From IMG/VR virus record IMGVR_UViG_3300030330_005091, positions 1 to 64,000 of that record: a stretch of DNA of 64,000 nucleotides, one strand, 5' to 3'. Of this stretch, positions 52,290 to 59,653 are shown one piece after another. Every line of letters starts with the position of its first letter. Within the stretch, counting starts at the first letter, position 1. Made by a program: the position numbers and the translations under genes. A model generated the notes under the pieces. The model ran no database searches. It was given only the letters and a program-made list of their open reading frames with translations, and had not been told where the DNA came from. Source of the stretch: a virus. Its lineage: Duplodnaviria; Caudoviricetes.

Positions 52290-52983
52290 TGTTTTCTTCG
52301 GAATAAAGTTCTAAAATTTTATTATAAAGTTGTGGACTTATTTTTTTCAAATATCCATGTTCATTAGGATTCATAAAAAAATCAGTGAATCCGGTTGCAA
52401 AATATTCCCTAAGTGAAGTTGGTGCATAAGCACTTATAAACACACCGGAGGATAAAGTATGTAATTTGTCATATCCTACTTTTTTGTAAAGAAAGTCATC
52501 AAACTCAGAATCATAATCCACATTTTTAAAAAATGATTTTGGTGTTTTGTATCCTAATTTCCATAAAATATCATGTAAAAAAACTCTTTTTTGTAAAAAT
52601 TCGTTTTTTACCTTTGAATCACCGTAAATAAGCATACCATACGGAGCTTCTAAAGAATGAGAAATTTCATGAACTATATCATCTACCATATCTTCTTCGT
52701 TGTCTTGTATATTTGAAACGTATACTGCTCCACCATCATAAAATGCATTTATATCTCTTTTTTCAAATTCATCAAAGTGGCCAATCACAATCATTTCCAC
52801 TTCAGCACATAAGTGGGCTGGTAGCATAGACTCTACTTTCGATAATACAGATTCCGCATCAACGTTTTTATTTTGTAAGTTATCTTTAAAATATACATGA
52901 AGACCGCGGGGTGTGTAAAAATCAGTCATTTGGTTCTGAATTTTGCTCTGCTTCTCTCTCAATTGTTTTATATGCATCGTCAA
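52276..52983 (-). CDS. Zincin-like metallopeptidase-domain protein
   Basis: VHEISH (HExxH) plus downstream REYFATGF. Confidence 0.7.
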   Translation of the reverse strand: MTMHIKQLREKQSKIQNQMTDFYTPRGLHVYFKDNLQNKNVDAESVLSKVESMLPAHLCAEVEMIVIGHFDEFEKRDINAFYDGGAVYVSNIQDNEEDMVDDIVHEISHSLEAPYGMLIYGDSKVKNEFLQKRVFLHDILWKLGYKTPKSFFKNVDYDSEFDDFLYKKVGYDKLHTLSSGVFISAYAPTSLREYFATGFTDFFMNPNEHGYLKKISPQLYNKILELYSEENIDNY

Positions 52984-53218
52984 TACCTAATTGATATCCT
53001 CTTAAAAAATTTTCTTCAGCAAAAGCAAATACAAATTCTGGAAACTCCACGGCCATAACTTCAGCTATCATATTTACAGTGACTTCTTCTTTATCCATTT
53101 TTGTTCCTACAAACTCTACAAGATAGTCCTTAAGTTCAGAATCACCTTTTTCGGCAGTCATAGCGAGCATTGGATTTTCATGTGCTTCAGTTTCACTGAT
53201 TATTTTTTGTTCACTCAT
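52922..53218 (-). CDS. Hypothetical acidic protein
   Basis: 98 aa with AAGGAG RBS. Confidence 0.7.
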   Translation of the reverse strand: MSEQKIISETEAHENPMLAMTAEKGDSELKDYLVEFVGTKMDKEEVTVNMIAEVMAVEFPEFVFAFAEENFLRGYQLGIDDAYKTIEREAEQNSEPND

Positions 53219-53269
53219 GTTGTTTTACTCCTTAAACATTAATATAAACTAAAAATTAATTTTTGTTTA

Positions 53270-54604
53270 CTATAAAACTTTTGATGCTAATGTAGCCAGT
53301 TCTGATCTTTCACCTTTTCTAAAGGTAACATGGCCGGCGATTGCATATTCTTTAAAATTTTCTATAGCATGGGCCAAACCATTTGACGTTTCATTAACAT
53401 ATACATTGTCTATTTGCTCAATATCGCCAGTCAAAACTATTTTTGTTCCTTCACCAATACGTGTAATTATAGTTTTAATTTCATGTTTTGTCAAGTTTTG
53501 CGCCTCATCAATTACAATAAAAGCATTGGCTATTGATCTACCTCTTATGTATGTTAAGGCTTCAATTTCAATTTTTCCTTTCTCCATATACATTTCAAGA
53601 GATGTGCGGTCTCCCATCAGAAATTTTAAATTATCTTGAATAGGCATTAACCAAGGTAGCATTTTTTCTTCCATTGTTCCTGGTAAAAAACCTATATCTT
53701 TACCAAGTGGTTGCACCGGCCTTGACACAATCAATCTAGAGTAATGATTATCGTCTGTTCGTAATCCTATCGTTTGTTGGAGGCCGGCAGCAATAGCTAA
53801 CAATGTTTTTCCAGAGCCGGCTCGACCAACCAAAGATACAATTTTAATGTTTGGATCCATTAACATATCAATTGCGAAGGCCTGTTCTTTATTTCTTGCT
53901 TCAATTTTCCAATCAGGCAAGTTCTTATGCACGATATTTTTTAAAGGCTCGTGGTGAGTTTTAAAGCGCGCTAAGGCTGATTTTTTGTCATTAGCATTGG
54001 ATACCATCATAATATATTGGTTTGGATACCATATTCGATCAATTTCGTCTTCGTCAATTGATATTTCTTCGCCCCCATAATATCTATCAATTAGTTGATC
54101 ATCGACTGATTGTATTACAAAACCATTATAAAGTTCTTCAGAAGTAGAAACAGCTCGTTCCGACACATAATCTTCAGCTTTCAAGCCTATAGAATCACAT
54201 ATAACACGCATATTGATATCACGAGATACCATAATTGTTTTTCTGTTTTCACAATTCATTTGAATTGTTTTAGCGGTGGCAATAATTGTGTGATCTGGTA
54301 ATCTAATATCTAAATCGGGCGGAAATATCACTTCTTTCATTGACGAGTAAGATACTACTTTTACAATCCCATATCCTTTATCGATTCTAATGCCTTTTTC
54401 TAAGTTTCCTTTTGTTCTTAACTCATCAAGGATTCTAATAAACTGCCTAGCATTAGACCCTACAGAGTCTTGTCTTTTTTTATGATTATCTACCTCTTCT
54501 AAAACTTTTAGAGGTATAAAAATATCATGATTTTCAAACTTATATAGAGCATTTGCATCAGTTAAATAAACGCTCGTATCTAAAACATAATTTTTTTTAG
54601 CCAT
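53270..54604 (-). CDS. phoH: PIN-PhoH (PhoH2-type) ATPase
   Basis: N-terminal PIN (VLDTSV...E..D..D); Walker A GRAGSGKT, GFLPG, IRGRS, DEAQN, GDIEQID; probable start MAKKNY at 54604. Confidence 0.92.
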   Translation of the reverse strand: MAKKNYVLDTSVYLTDANALYKFENHDIFIPLKVLEEVDNHKKRQDSVGSNARQFIRILDELRTKGNLEKGIRIDKGYGIVKVVSYSSMKEVIFPPDLDIRLPDHTIIATAKTIQMNCENRKTIMVSRDINMRVICDSIGLKAEDYVSERAVSTSEELYNGFVIQSVDDQLIDRYYGGEEISIDEDEIDRIWYPNQYIMMVSNANDKKSALARFKTHHEPLKNIVHKNLPDWKIEARNKEQAFAIDMLMDPNIKIVSLVGRAGSGKTLLAIAAGLQQTIGLRTDDNHYSRLIVSRPVQPLGKDIGFLPGTMEEKMLPWLMPIQDNLKFLMGDRTSLEMYMEKGKIEIEALTYIRGRSIANAFIVIDEAQNLTKHEIKTIITRIGEGTKIVLTGDIEQIDNVYVNETSNGLAHAIENFKEYAIAGHVTFRKGERSELATLASKVL

Positions 54605-54623
54605 GTGGCCTCTGCTTTCAAAA

Positions 54624-54632
54624 ATAAGTAGT
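54624..54632 (-). promoter_or_regulatory. Putative late-promoter variant ACTACTTAT
   Basis: 20 nt upstream of the phoH start; one mismatch from ACTATTTAT. Confidence 0.35.
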
Positions 54633-54648
54633 TGGTTAGTGCTATTCA

Positions 54649-54864
54649 CTAACTATTTTTTAAGGATTTATGACGTGTTGCTATAGCAATTTCTATTTCT
54701 TCAGTTGGTAGATCTAAAGAATCTTTAACCTCCCATAGGGCTTTTTCGATTTCATCTGTGTATTCTATTTCATCATCGACTTCCACTTCAAAAACATTGG
54801 ATTCTTGCTTGAAATAATTAACACGATTTTTAATTACATTATAAAAATTATTAAACATGTTCAC
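54649..54864 (-). CDS. Small hypothetical protein
   Basis: 71 aa, AAGG RBS, preceded by ACTATTTAA (54884-54892). Confidence 0.6.
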   Translation of the reverse strand: MNMFNNFYNVIKNRVNYFKQESNVFEVEVDDEIEYTDEIEKALWEVKDSLDLPTEEIEIAIATRHKSLKNS

Positions 54865-54901
54865 CTTACTTTTATCAAGTGTCTTAAATAGTTTAATAAT
54901 T

Positions 54902-55150
54902 TTATCTATGCTTTTTTTTAATTATTTGCCAATCAAATACAAACACAATTGGCTTTTCATTTTTTTTGTATGGCACACTTTTTTTTCGCAAAGCGTCAAC
55001 ATCTTTTTTGTATATTATAATAGCATCCCAGCCATCAGCATCCCAACCTTTTTTAGAAGTTATTCTTTTTTTTAATTTTACGTGAATATTTGGGCCAGCA
55101 AATGATTTAACTAATATTACATCACCAACTTTGTATTTTGATTTTTTCAT
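54902..55150 (-). CDS. Small basic SH3/KOW-like hypothetical protein
   Basis: YKVGDVILVK...; immediately after tRNA-Thr. Confidence 0.65.
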   Translation of the reverse strand: MKKSKYKVGDVILVKSFAGPNIHVKLKKRITSKKGWDADGWDAIIIYKKDVDALRKKSVPYKKNEKPIVFVFDWQIIKKKHR

Positions 55151-55157
55151 TTGTAAG

Positions 55158-55233
55158 TGGAGCCGCCTATCAGACTTGAACTGATGACCTACGGTTTACA
55201 AAACCGTTGCTCTACCAACTGAGCTAAGGCGGC
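55158..55233 (-). tRNA. tRNA-Thr(UGU)
   Basis: GCCGCCT/AGGCGGC acceptor, GCTC-GAGC D stem, ACGGT-TT TGT AA-ACCGT anticodon arm, TTCAAGT T loop, encoded CCA; 76 nt. Confidence 0.96.
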
Positions 55234-55382
55234 GTTATTTTTTCTGTTGTGTTTTCAAGCTTTTGTTGAATCTCAAAAATTGATTGTCCATGCGGTATAA
55301 GATGTGATAAAAACCAAAGATAAACCATCATACCTATCAATACTGACATAAAAGCTTGTAATACTAAATCGCCTACATCCAT
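55224..55382 (-). CDS. Small single-TM hypothetical protein (52 aa)
   Basis: MDVGDLVLQAFMSVLIGMMVYLWFL...; fills the gap between two tRNAs; stop lies inside tRNA-Thr; no clear RBS. Confidence 0.45.
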   Translation of the reverse strand: MDVGDLVLQAFMSVLIGMMVYLWFLSHLIPHGQSIFEIQQKLENTTEKITPP

Positions 55383-55394
55383 ATAGTAGGTAGG

Positions 55395-55487
55395 CTGGAG
55401 GGGAAGGATTCGAACCTTCAAGGTGAACTTTCGTAAATCACCGCCCGGGAAACAGCCGGGTGCGTTTGCCAATTCCGCCACCCCCCA
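55395..55487 (-). tRNA. Atypical class-II-like tRNA, anticodon GUU, 24-nt variable region
   Basis: TGGGGGG/CCCTCCA acceptor + G73; GCGGAATTGGCAAACGC D arm; CCCGG-CT GTT TC-CCGGG; GGTGA/TCACC variable stem; GAAGG-TTCGAAT-CCTTC; no encoded CCA. Confidence 0.85.
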
Positions 55488-55496
55488 AAAATAAAA

Positions 55497-55590
55497 CCGG
55501 TTTTCTGTCTAGAACTAGGATAACCGAAAACCTTTGCCTACGTGACGATCGGCAACCACGTTCCGCTTATAATGCGAGCAGAACAGCGCA
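55497..55590 (-). ncRNA. Candidate structured RNA (pseudoknot plus hairpins)
   Basis: TGCG/CGCA and GTTCTGCT/AGCGGAAC interleaved stems; TTGCC/GGCAA; GGTTTTC/GAAAACC; GC-richer than its surroundings. Confidence 0.4.
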
Positions 55591-55595
55591 GAAGA

Positions 55596-55658
55596 TTATT
55601 TGCAGCAGCAATCACACTCACAAGGTGCAATGCAACCGCAACAGTTACATTTTTTCAT
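55596..55658 (-). CDS. Cys-rich micropeptide MKKCNCCGCIAPCECDCCCK (metallothionein-like)
   Basis: 20 codons plus TAA, 9 Cys, GGAGG RBS 7 nt upstream; below the ORF-track size cutoff. Confidence 0.7.
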   Translation of the reverse strand: MKKCNCCGCIAPCECDCCCK

Positions 55659-55687
55659 GATTAACCCTCCCACAATAGATAGACCAG

Positions 55688-56164
55688 TTACGCATCAAAT
55701 GTAAGAGTTCCGTTATCAGTTTCTACAGAAACACTCCAACCTGAAATAAAAGGCATTACTTTCATAAAATTTTCATATGGAATTTGAACTTCAGCTGTAA
55801 GAGTAGTGAATCCACGTTTATGGTCATACTTTTCTGTTGAGTATTCAATTAATTCAACATCGTAAAAATTTTCAGTAATTGTATTTGCAAGATATTCTTC
55901 GAATTCATAACTTCCTCTTTCATAATCCTCAAGATAATCTTCAGAGCGAAGATGTTCAATTACATTTCCTTGCCATCGAGTTCTTACATCAAGCCCTGAT
56001 TGTGCTATAAGTGACGCAAATTCACTAACTACCGATGTTTCAGATAAAGCAGTTTCAATTTCTGTTTCGTTAAAATGAAACACATCTGCACCTTCTTCGT
56101 AGCGAAGATTAATCATAGCATTATTGGTCAAATTTAATGATTGTAGCCGCTCTATTGTGTTCAT
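55688..56164 (-). CDS. Hypothetical acidic protein
   Basis: Probable start MNTIERL at 56164 with GGAGG RBS. Confidence 0.75.
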   Translation of the reverse strand: MNTIERLQSLNLTNNAMINLRYEEGADVFHFNETEIETALSETSVVSEFASLIAQSGLDVRTRWQGNVIEHLRSEDYLEDYERGSYEFEEYLANTITENFYDVELIEYSTEKYDHKRGFTTLTAEVQIPYENFMKVMPFISGWSVSVETDNGTLTFDA

Positions 56165-56165
56165 G

Positions 56166-56342
56166 TTATCTTCCTCCAGAATTGCTGCCATCAACGCGCT
56201 CAGTTAGATATTTTACATCGCCAGCAACAGATGTTTTAAACTCTCTCAACTCATTTTGAAGAATATAAATCTGATCAACAAGTTGATTTACTCTTGCTTG
56301 CAATTGTTCTGTTTGTTTTGTTAGTTGTGTTGTTGTAGCCAT
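56166..56342 (-). CDS. Small coiled-coil protein (58 aa)
   Basis: MATTTQLTKQTEQLQARVNQLVDQIYILQNELREFK...; AAGGAG RBS; heptad pattern; not in the ORF track. Confidence 0.7.
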   Translation of the reverse strand: MATTTQLTKQTEQLQARVNQLVDQIYILQNELREFKTSVAGDVKYLTERVDGSNSGGR

Positions 56343-56382
56343 TGGCTTCTCCTTTTGTTTAATATTATAATTTTAATTAATG

Positions 56383-56459
56383 TGGCTGCCCCTCGCGGAC
56401 TCGAACCGCGGACCCGCTGATTAACAGTCAGCTGCTCTAACCAACTGAGCTAAGGGGCA
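56383..56459 (-). tRNA. tRNA-Asn(GUU)
   Basis: TGCCCCT/AGGGGCA, G73, CCA; GCTGA-CT GTT AA-TCAGC; CGCGG-TTCGAGT-CCGCG; 77 nt. Confidence 0.96.
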
Positions 56460-56960
56460 CTACCATAAATAATTTTTCCAAAGTTCACTAATTTGATTTT
56501 TGCTTACCGTTCTTAAGATATTTGCTTTTGGTCTAATTGGCATCTTTAATGGTATCATACCAGATTCTTTAGTAGTTCTGCAGCCTTTTTTTTGATTACA
56601 CTTCATACAAGACGCTACTAAATTTTCCCAAGTGTTTTTTCCGCCTTTTGATTTTGGTAAAACATGGTCCATTGTAAGTTTATCAGTCGGAAAATAATTT
56701 GCGCAATATTGACATTGATTGTTATCTCTCCACACAATGTTTGCCCTATTACATGCAACAGTAGTAAATCTAAATTTTACTATAGTCTTTAATACTATCA
56801 CGGCTGGTAAATTAAAAGCATTAGATGGTGATCTAATTTTTTTATCATATGTCTCTACTGGTGTGGCTTTTCCAACTATACACATCACTAATGCTTCCAG
56901 AGCATCAATAACTTCTATTGGTCTATACGACGCGTCTAACTTTAAAGCCATCATGTCCAT
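56460..56960 (-). CDS. HNH endonuclease (McrA-like)
   Basis: LDASYRPI...PAVIVL...RD..QCQYC...TMDHVLPKSKGG..TWENLVASCMKCNQKKG. Confidence 0.92.
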   Translation of the reverse strand: MDMMALKLDASYRPIEVIDALEALVMCIVGKATPVETYDKKIRSPSNAFNLPAVIVLKTIVKFRFTTVACNRANIVWRDNNQCQYCANYFPTDKLTMDHVLPKSKGGKNTWENLVASCMKCNQKKGCRTTKESGMIPLKMPIRPKANILRTVSKNQISELWKNYLW

Positions 56961-56962
56961 CT

Positions 56963-56991
56963 ATTTTAACTAGATTGGTTACGGTTGTCAA
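56963..56991 (-). promoter_or_regulatory. Sigma70-type promoter (TTGACA-17-TAAAAT)
   Basis: -35 at 56986-56991, -10 at 56963-56968; immediately upstream of HNH and the tRNA cluster. Confidence 0.75.
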
Positions 56992-56994
56992 GTA

Positions 56995-57483
56995 TTATCT
57001 TTCAGAATGTTGTCCTGTTGAACGAACTGGTGGCACATCAAAATCTCTAACTTTTTTGGCTAAGTCGGAAGAACTATCAACTTTTTCTTCTCCGCCAACA
57101 CCCCACAATAATTCAATTTTTAGTTCTTCGCATACTGATTGTTCTGGGGTATTTGAACGCCCTCTGTCACCACCGTTTGCAAAGTAGGTCGGCCTTAGTC
57201 TTCGTATAGCTTCGCATACTGTTCCATCAGAATCATCTACAGAATCAACAAGAACAACTCCCTTTATAGCATTTAAGATTTCTACTCTTCTTTCCCATTC
57301 CATAAAAACAAAACCTTTTTTACGAAAAAGCCAATCATCTGAATTAGCTATAACTATTACATCTCCATATTGTGCCGCATGTCTAATCATGCGAATATGT
57401 CCAGCATGCACAGGATCAAAACCTCCAGATACCATTACGGTAGGTCTTTCTTTAGTCATAATAATTTCCTTATTTTTTGCCAC
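56995..57483 (-). CDS. HxGH cytidylyl/adenylyltransferase (RfaE-II/TagD-like)
   Basis: VSGGFDPVHAGH, NSDDWL.RKKG, FANGGDR, SSS. Confidence 0.9.
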   Translation of the reverse strand: MAKNKEIIMTKERPTVMVSGGFDPVHAGHIRMIRHAAQYGDVIVIANSDDWLFRKKGFVFMEWERRVEILNAIKGVVLVDSVDDSDGTVCEAIRRLRPTYFANGGDRGRSNTPEQSVCEELKIELLWGVGGEEKVDSSSDLAKKVRDFDVPPVRSTGQHSER

Positions 57484-57486
57484 TTC

Positions 57487-57738
57487 TTAGTGGTAGGTTG
57501 TGTCATTTTTACTCCATTTTTTAATATATGCTTGAGTTCTTGGATCCCAAATTAAATTAGCTTGAGACATTTTATGAGTGTAAAAGTCTCTTGGGCTCAT
57601 GTTATCTAATATTGATTGTATCTCATTATTTTGATTTTGTATTACATTATTTAATTTTTTTTCACTGCTTCTATACAATAAAGCAAACAAAAAATAAAAC
57701 AACCCCAACAACCCAATAGTATAAAAGAATATCTCCAT
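57487..57738 (-). CDS. Small membrane protein
   Basis: N-terminal TM helix; GGAG RBS. Confidence 0.65.
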   Translation of the reverse strand: MEIFFYTIGLLGLFYFLFALLYRSSEKKLNNVIQNQNNEIQSILDNMSPRDFYTHKMSQANLIWDPRTQAYIKKWSKNDTTYH

Positions 57739-57743
57739 TATAT

Positions 57744-58760
57744 TTATTCTCCAGTATCTGGCGGCGATGGAGTGTAAAGGTATCCTATTTCTACCAAATC
57801 ACCAGCGGACGGAATAACTGTAAAGTGCACTGTATTATCTGTGCTGGCATAATACCAATCGTGATTAAGGGTGCCGTTAATAAACACCCTAATTGACGAT
57901 GCATCATTGGGAGTGTGTGAGAGATTTAATTTCTCATACGGATCTATGGAGTGTGTAGCATCTGTTACGCCGGGCGCCCAGTCTTCATCACATATATCAA
58001 CCACAACCCCGCCAAGCGCATTAGTTGCATCCATATATCTGTCGCCAACATCTATTGGGTTTGGTGGAATACTACATAAAGAAGTGGTTGCTGGTTGATT
58101 AACTACGCTAGCTATAAAAACCGAGCCCATTCTTTGAGTTTGATACCAGTTTAAAAAGTCCGTATGTGATGGGTATTTAACATCACTTTGCTCTTCTTCA
58201 TCGGATACAAAAACAATTAGTAAGCCTGCATCTGGTCTTAGCCATGTTGACGCATATGGGTTATTGACAATGTATTCGTATACCGAATTAAAACCTTCTT
58301 CATATGGAGCCGATGTAAGAGTTGCTAACATATTTTCTGCATCTGTTACTGTGTCTCCAGGAACCAATGGAAATTCTGTGCTTGTTACTGAGCGAGTTGG
58401 ATCAGCACTAATCATGACTAATCGCCAATCGGATGTAGGCAAAGCTCCTAACATTGCCGAAACGCCAGCAATAAGTTCTGTATTGTATCTATACATTGAA
58501 CCCGAGCGGTCGATTACCCAAAGAATATCAATTCCATCAACCGACATTGGTTGTGTAAATGAATCAATCCATATTTCACCTTCATTTACTGGAATCTCAA
58601 CTTCTACATATACAGGAACTTCAACCTCTACTTCAACATACTCAGTTTCACCGGGCACTTCAATATACACTGTTTCGCCTTTTTCGCCAGTGACAATAGC
58701 ATAATCAGGCTGACTACAGCCAACTAGTAGACCTACCGCTATAAGCAGTTTTTTGATCAT
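57744..58760 (-). CDS. vWA-domain lipoprotein
   Basis: Lipobox LLVG-C; MIDAS DILWVIDRSGSM ... IVFVSDEEEQS; Val/Glu/Pro repeat linker. Confidence 0.82.
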   Translation of the reverse strand: MIKKLLIAVGLLVGCSQPDYAIVTGEKGETVYIEVPGETEYVEVEVEVPVYVEVEIPVNEGEIWIDSFTQPMSVDGIDILWVIDRSGSMYRYNTELIAGVSAMLGALPTSDWRLVMISADPTRSVTSTEFPLVPGDTVTDAENMLATLTSAPYEEGFNSVYEYIVNNPYASTWLRPDAGLLIVFVSDEEEQSDVKYPSHTDFLNWYQTQRMGSVFIASVVNQPATTSLCSIPPNPIDVGDRYMDATNALGGVVVDICDEDWAPGVTDATHSIDPYEKLNLSHTPNDASSIRVFINGTLNHDWYYASTDNTVHFTVIPSAGDLVEIGYLYTPSPPDTGE

Positions 58761-58776
58761 ATTGGTGCCTTCCCTA

Positions 58777-58980
58777 TTAATAGATAGGGTCTGGCAAAGG
58801 AAAAAGTTGGTGTTCTCTAACTTTTTTTATTTTTTGAGTTTTTTCTATGTATATCTTGTAATCATAAAAATAATCATCTTCCAGAGTATCTAATATCAAG
58901 ACTCTGAGTCTTTCATCTTTAAATAATTCTATATCTGGCAATGGGCAATAACCTACCCAGTCGTCAACTCTGTATTTCAT
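58777..58980 (-). CDS. Small SH3/KOW-like hypothetical protein
   Basis: MKYRVDDWVGY...YKIY...VREHQL; probable start 58980. Confidence 0.6.
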   Translation of the reverse strand: MKYRVDDWVGYCPLPDIELFKDERLRVLILDTLEDDYFYDYKIYIEKTQKIKKVREHQLFPLPDPIY

Positions 58981-59446
58981 CAGTAATGTGCTCGCTAACA
59001 ATTTCATAAAGATCACTTGGTCTCATATTAATCTTGTCATAAATATGCACAGAACTCCAATTTATCACACCACACAAAACTAAAGCATTGGTAATCCATT
59101 CGCTGCAATACCATTTCTTTTTTGATTTTACTTTAAATGGAGTAAACTGCGATAACAGCATACCCCACCAGTCGTAAACATTATCTTTGGTATTTTCATA
59201 AAACTGTATAATTGACGTATGCTGTTCTTCGGTGATGTCGATTGTAATAAAATCCCATTTTTCTAAATCAAAATCTGTTTTTAGTCTTTTAGCAACTTTT
59301 GATTCTAAAAAAGGGCTTATAGATATCCAAGTAAAATTATCGGGCATTACTAATTCGGCGTGACTGTATATACTTTTAGTCCACCACCGAATAATTTTAT
59401 GCTGCCAGCCATCGCCGCCTTTATAAAACGCCACTTTTATTTTCAT
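58964..59446 (-). CDS. Permuted papain-like amidase (YaeF/YiiX, NlpC/P60 superfamily)
   Basis: YSHAELV (His) precedes YDW and WYCSE (Cys). Confidence 0.78.
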   Translation of the reverse strand: MKIKVAFYKGGDGWQHKIIRWWTKSIYSHAELVMPDNFTWISISPFLESKVAKRLKTDFDLEKWDFITIDITEEQHTSIIQFYENTKDNVYDWWGMLLSQFTPFKVKSKKKWYCSEWITNALVLCGVINWSSVHIYDKINMRPSDLYEIVSEHITDEIQS

Positions 59447-59487
59447 CTTACCATAATACTACAAAAATAGTCTCCTACTAATAGTAT

Positions 59488-59652
59488 CTATTTATTTTTT
59501 TGATTTGTGTCGTCAATTTTTACAAAAAGTTGTTTTCTTTTTAGTTTTCTCTTTTTTTCTATTAAATGCCAAGCATCTTCAAGCTGATCACTAAATGTTT
59601 TATCAATAATTTTTTGTTTATATTTTTTTGTTGGGGTTAGTATTTTTTTCAA
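59488..59652 (-). CDS. Small basic hypothetical protein (54 aa)
   Basis: TTG start with AGGAG RBS; fills the intergenic gap; not in the ORF track. Confidence 0.45.
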   Translation of the reverse strand: MKKILTPTKKYKQKIIDKTFSDQLEDAWHLIEKKRKLKRKQLFVKIDDTNQKNK

Positions 59653-59653
59653 T

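Noticed and set aside
55340-55394. HDV-like (theta) ribozyme 3' of the CCA-less tRNA
   Set aside because: I could not find the nested double-pseudoknot pairing; the trailer runs into a plausible small ORF.
55395-55487. Selenocysteine or suppressor tRNA interpretation; genetic-code reassignment
   Set aside because: The anticodon is GUU and the acceptor is 7 bp. Genes terminate normally at TAA, TAG and TGA, and very long ORFs are intact in the standard code.
55533-55561. Second H-type pseudoknot (ACGTGG/TCACGT with TTGCC/GGCAA)
   Set aside because: Loop lengths of 0 and 1 nt make simultaneous formation unlikely; treated as alternative hairpins.
55383-55660. N-terminal part of ORF 55224..55481 and ORF 55460..55660(+)
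   Set aside because: They overlap the atypical tRNA and the Cys micropeptide, which explain the sequence better.
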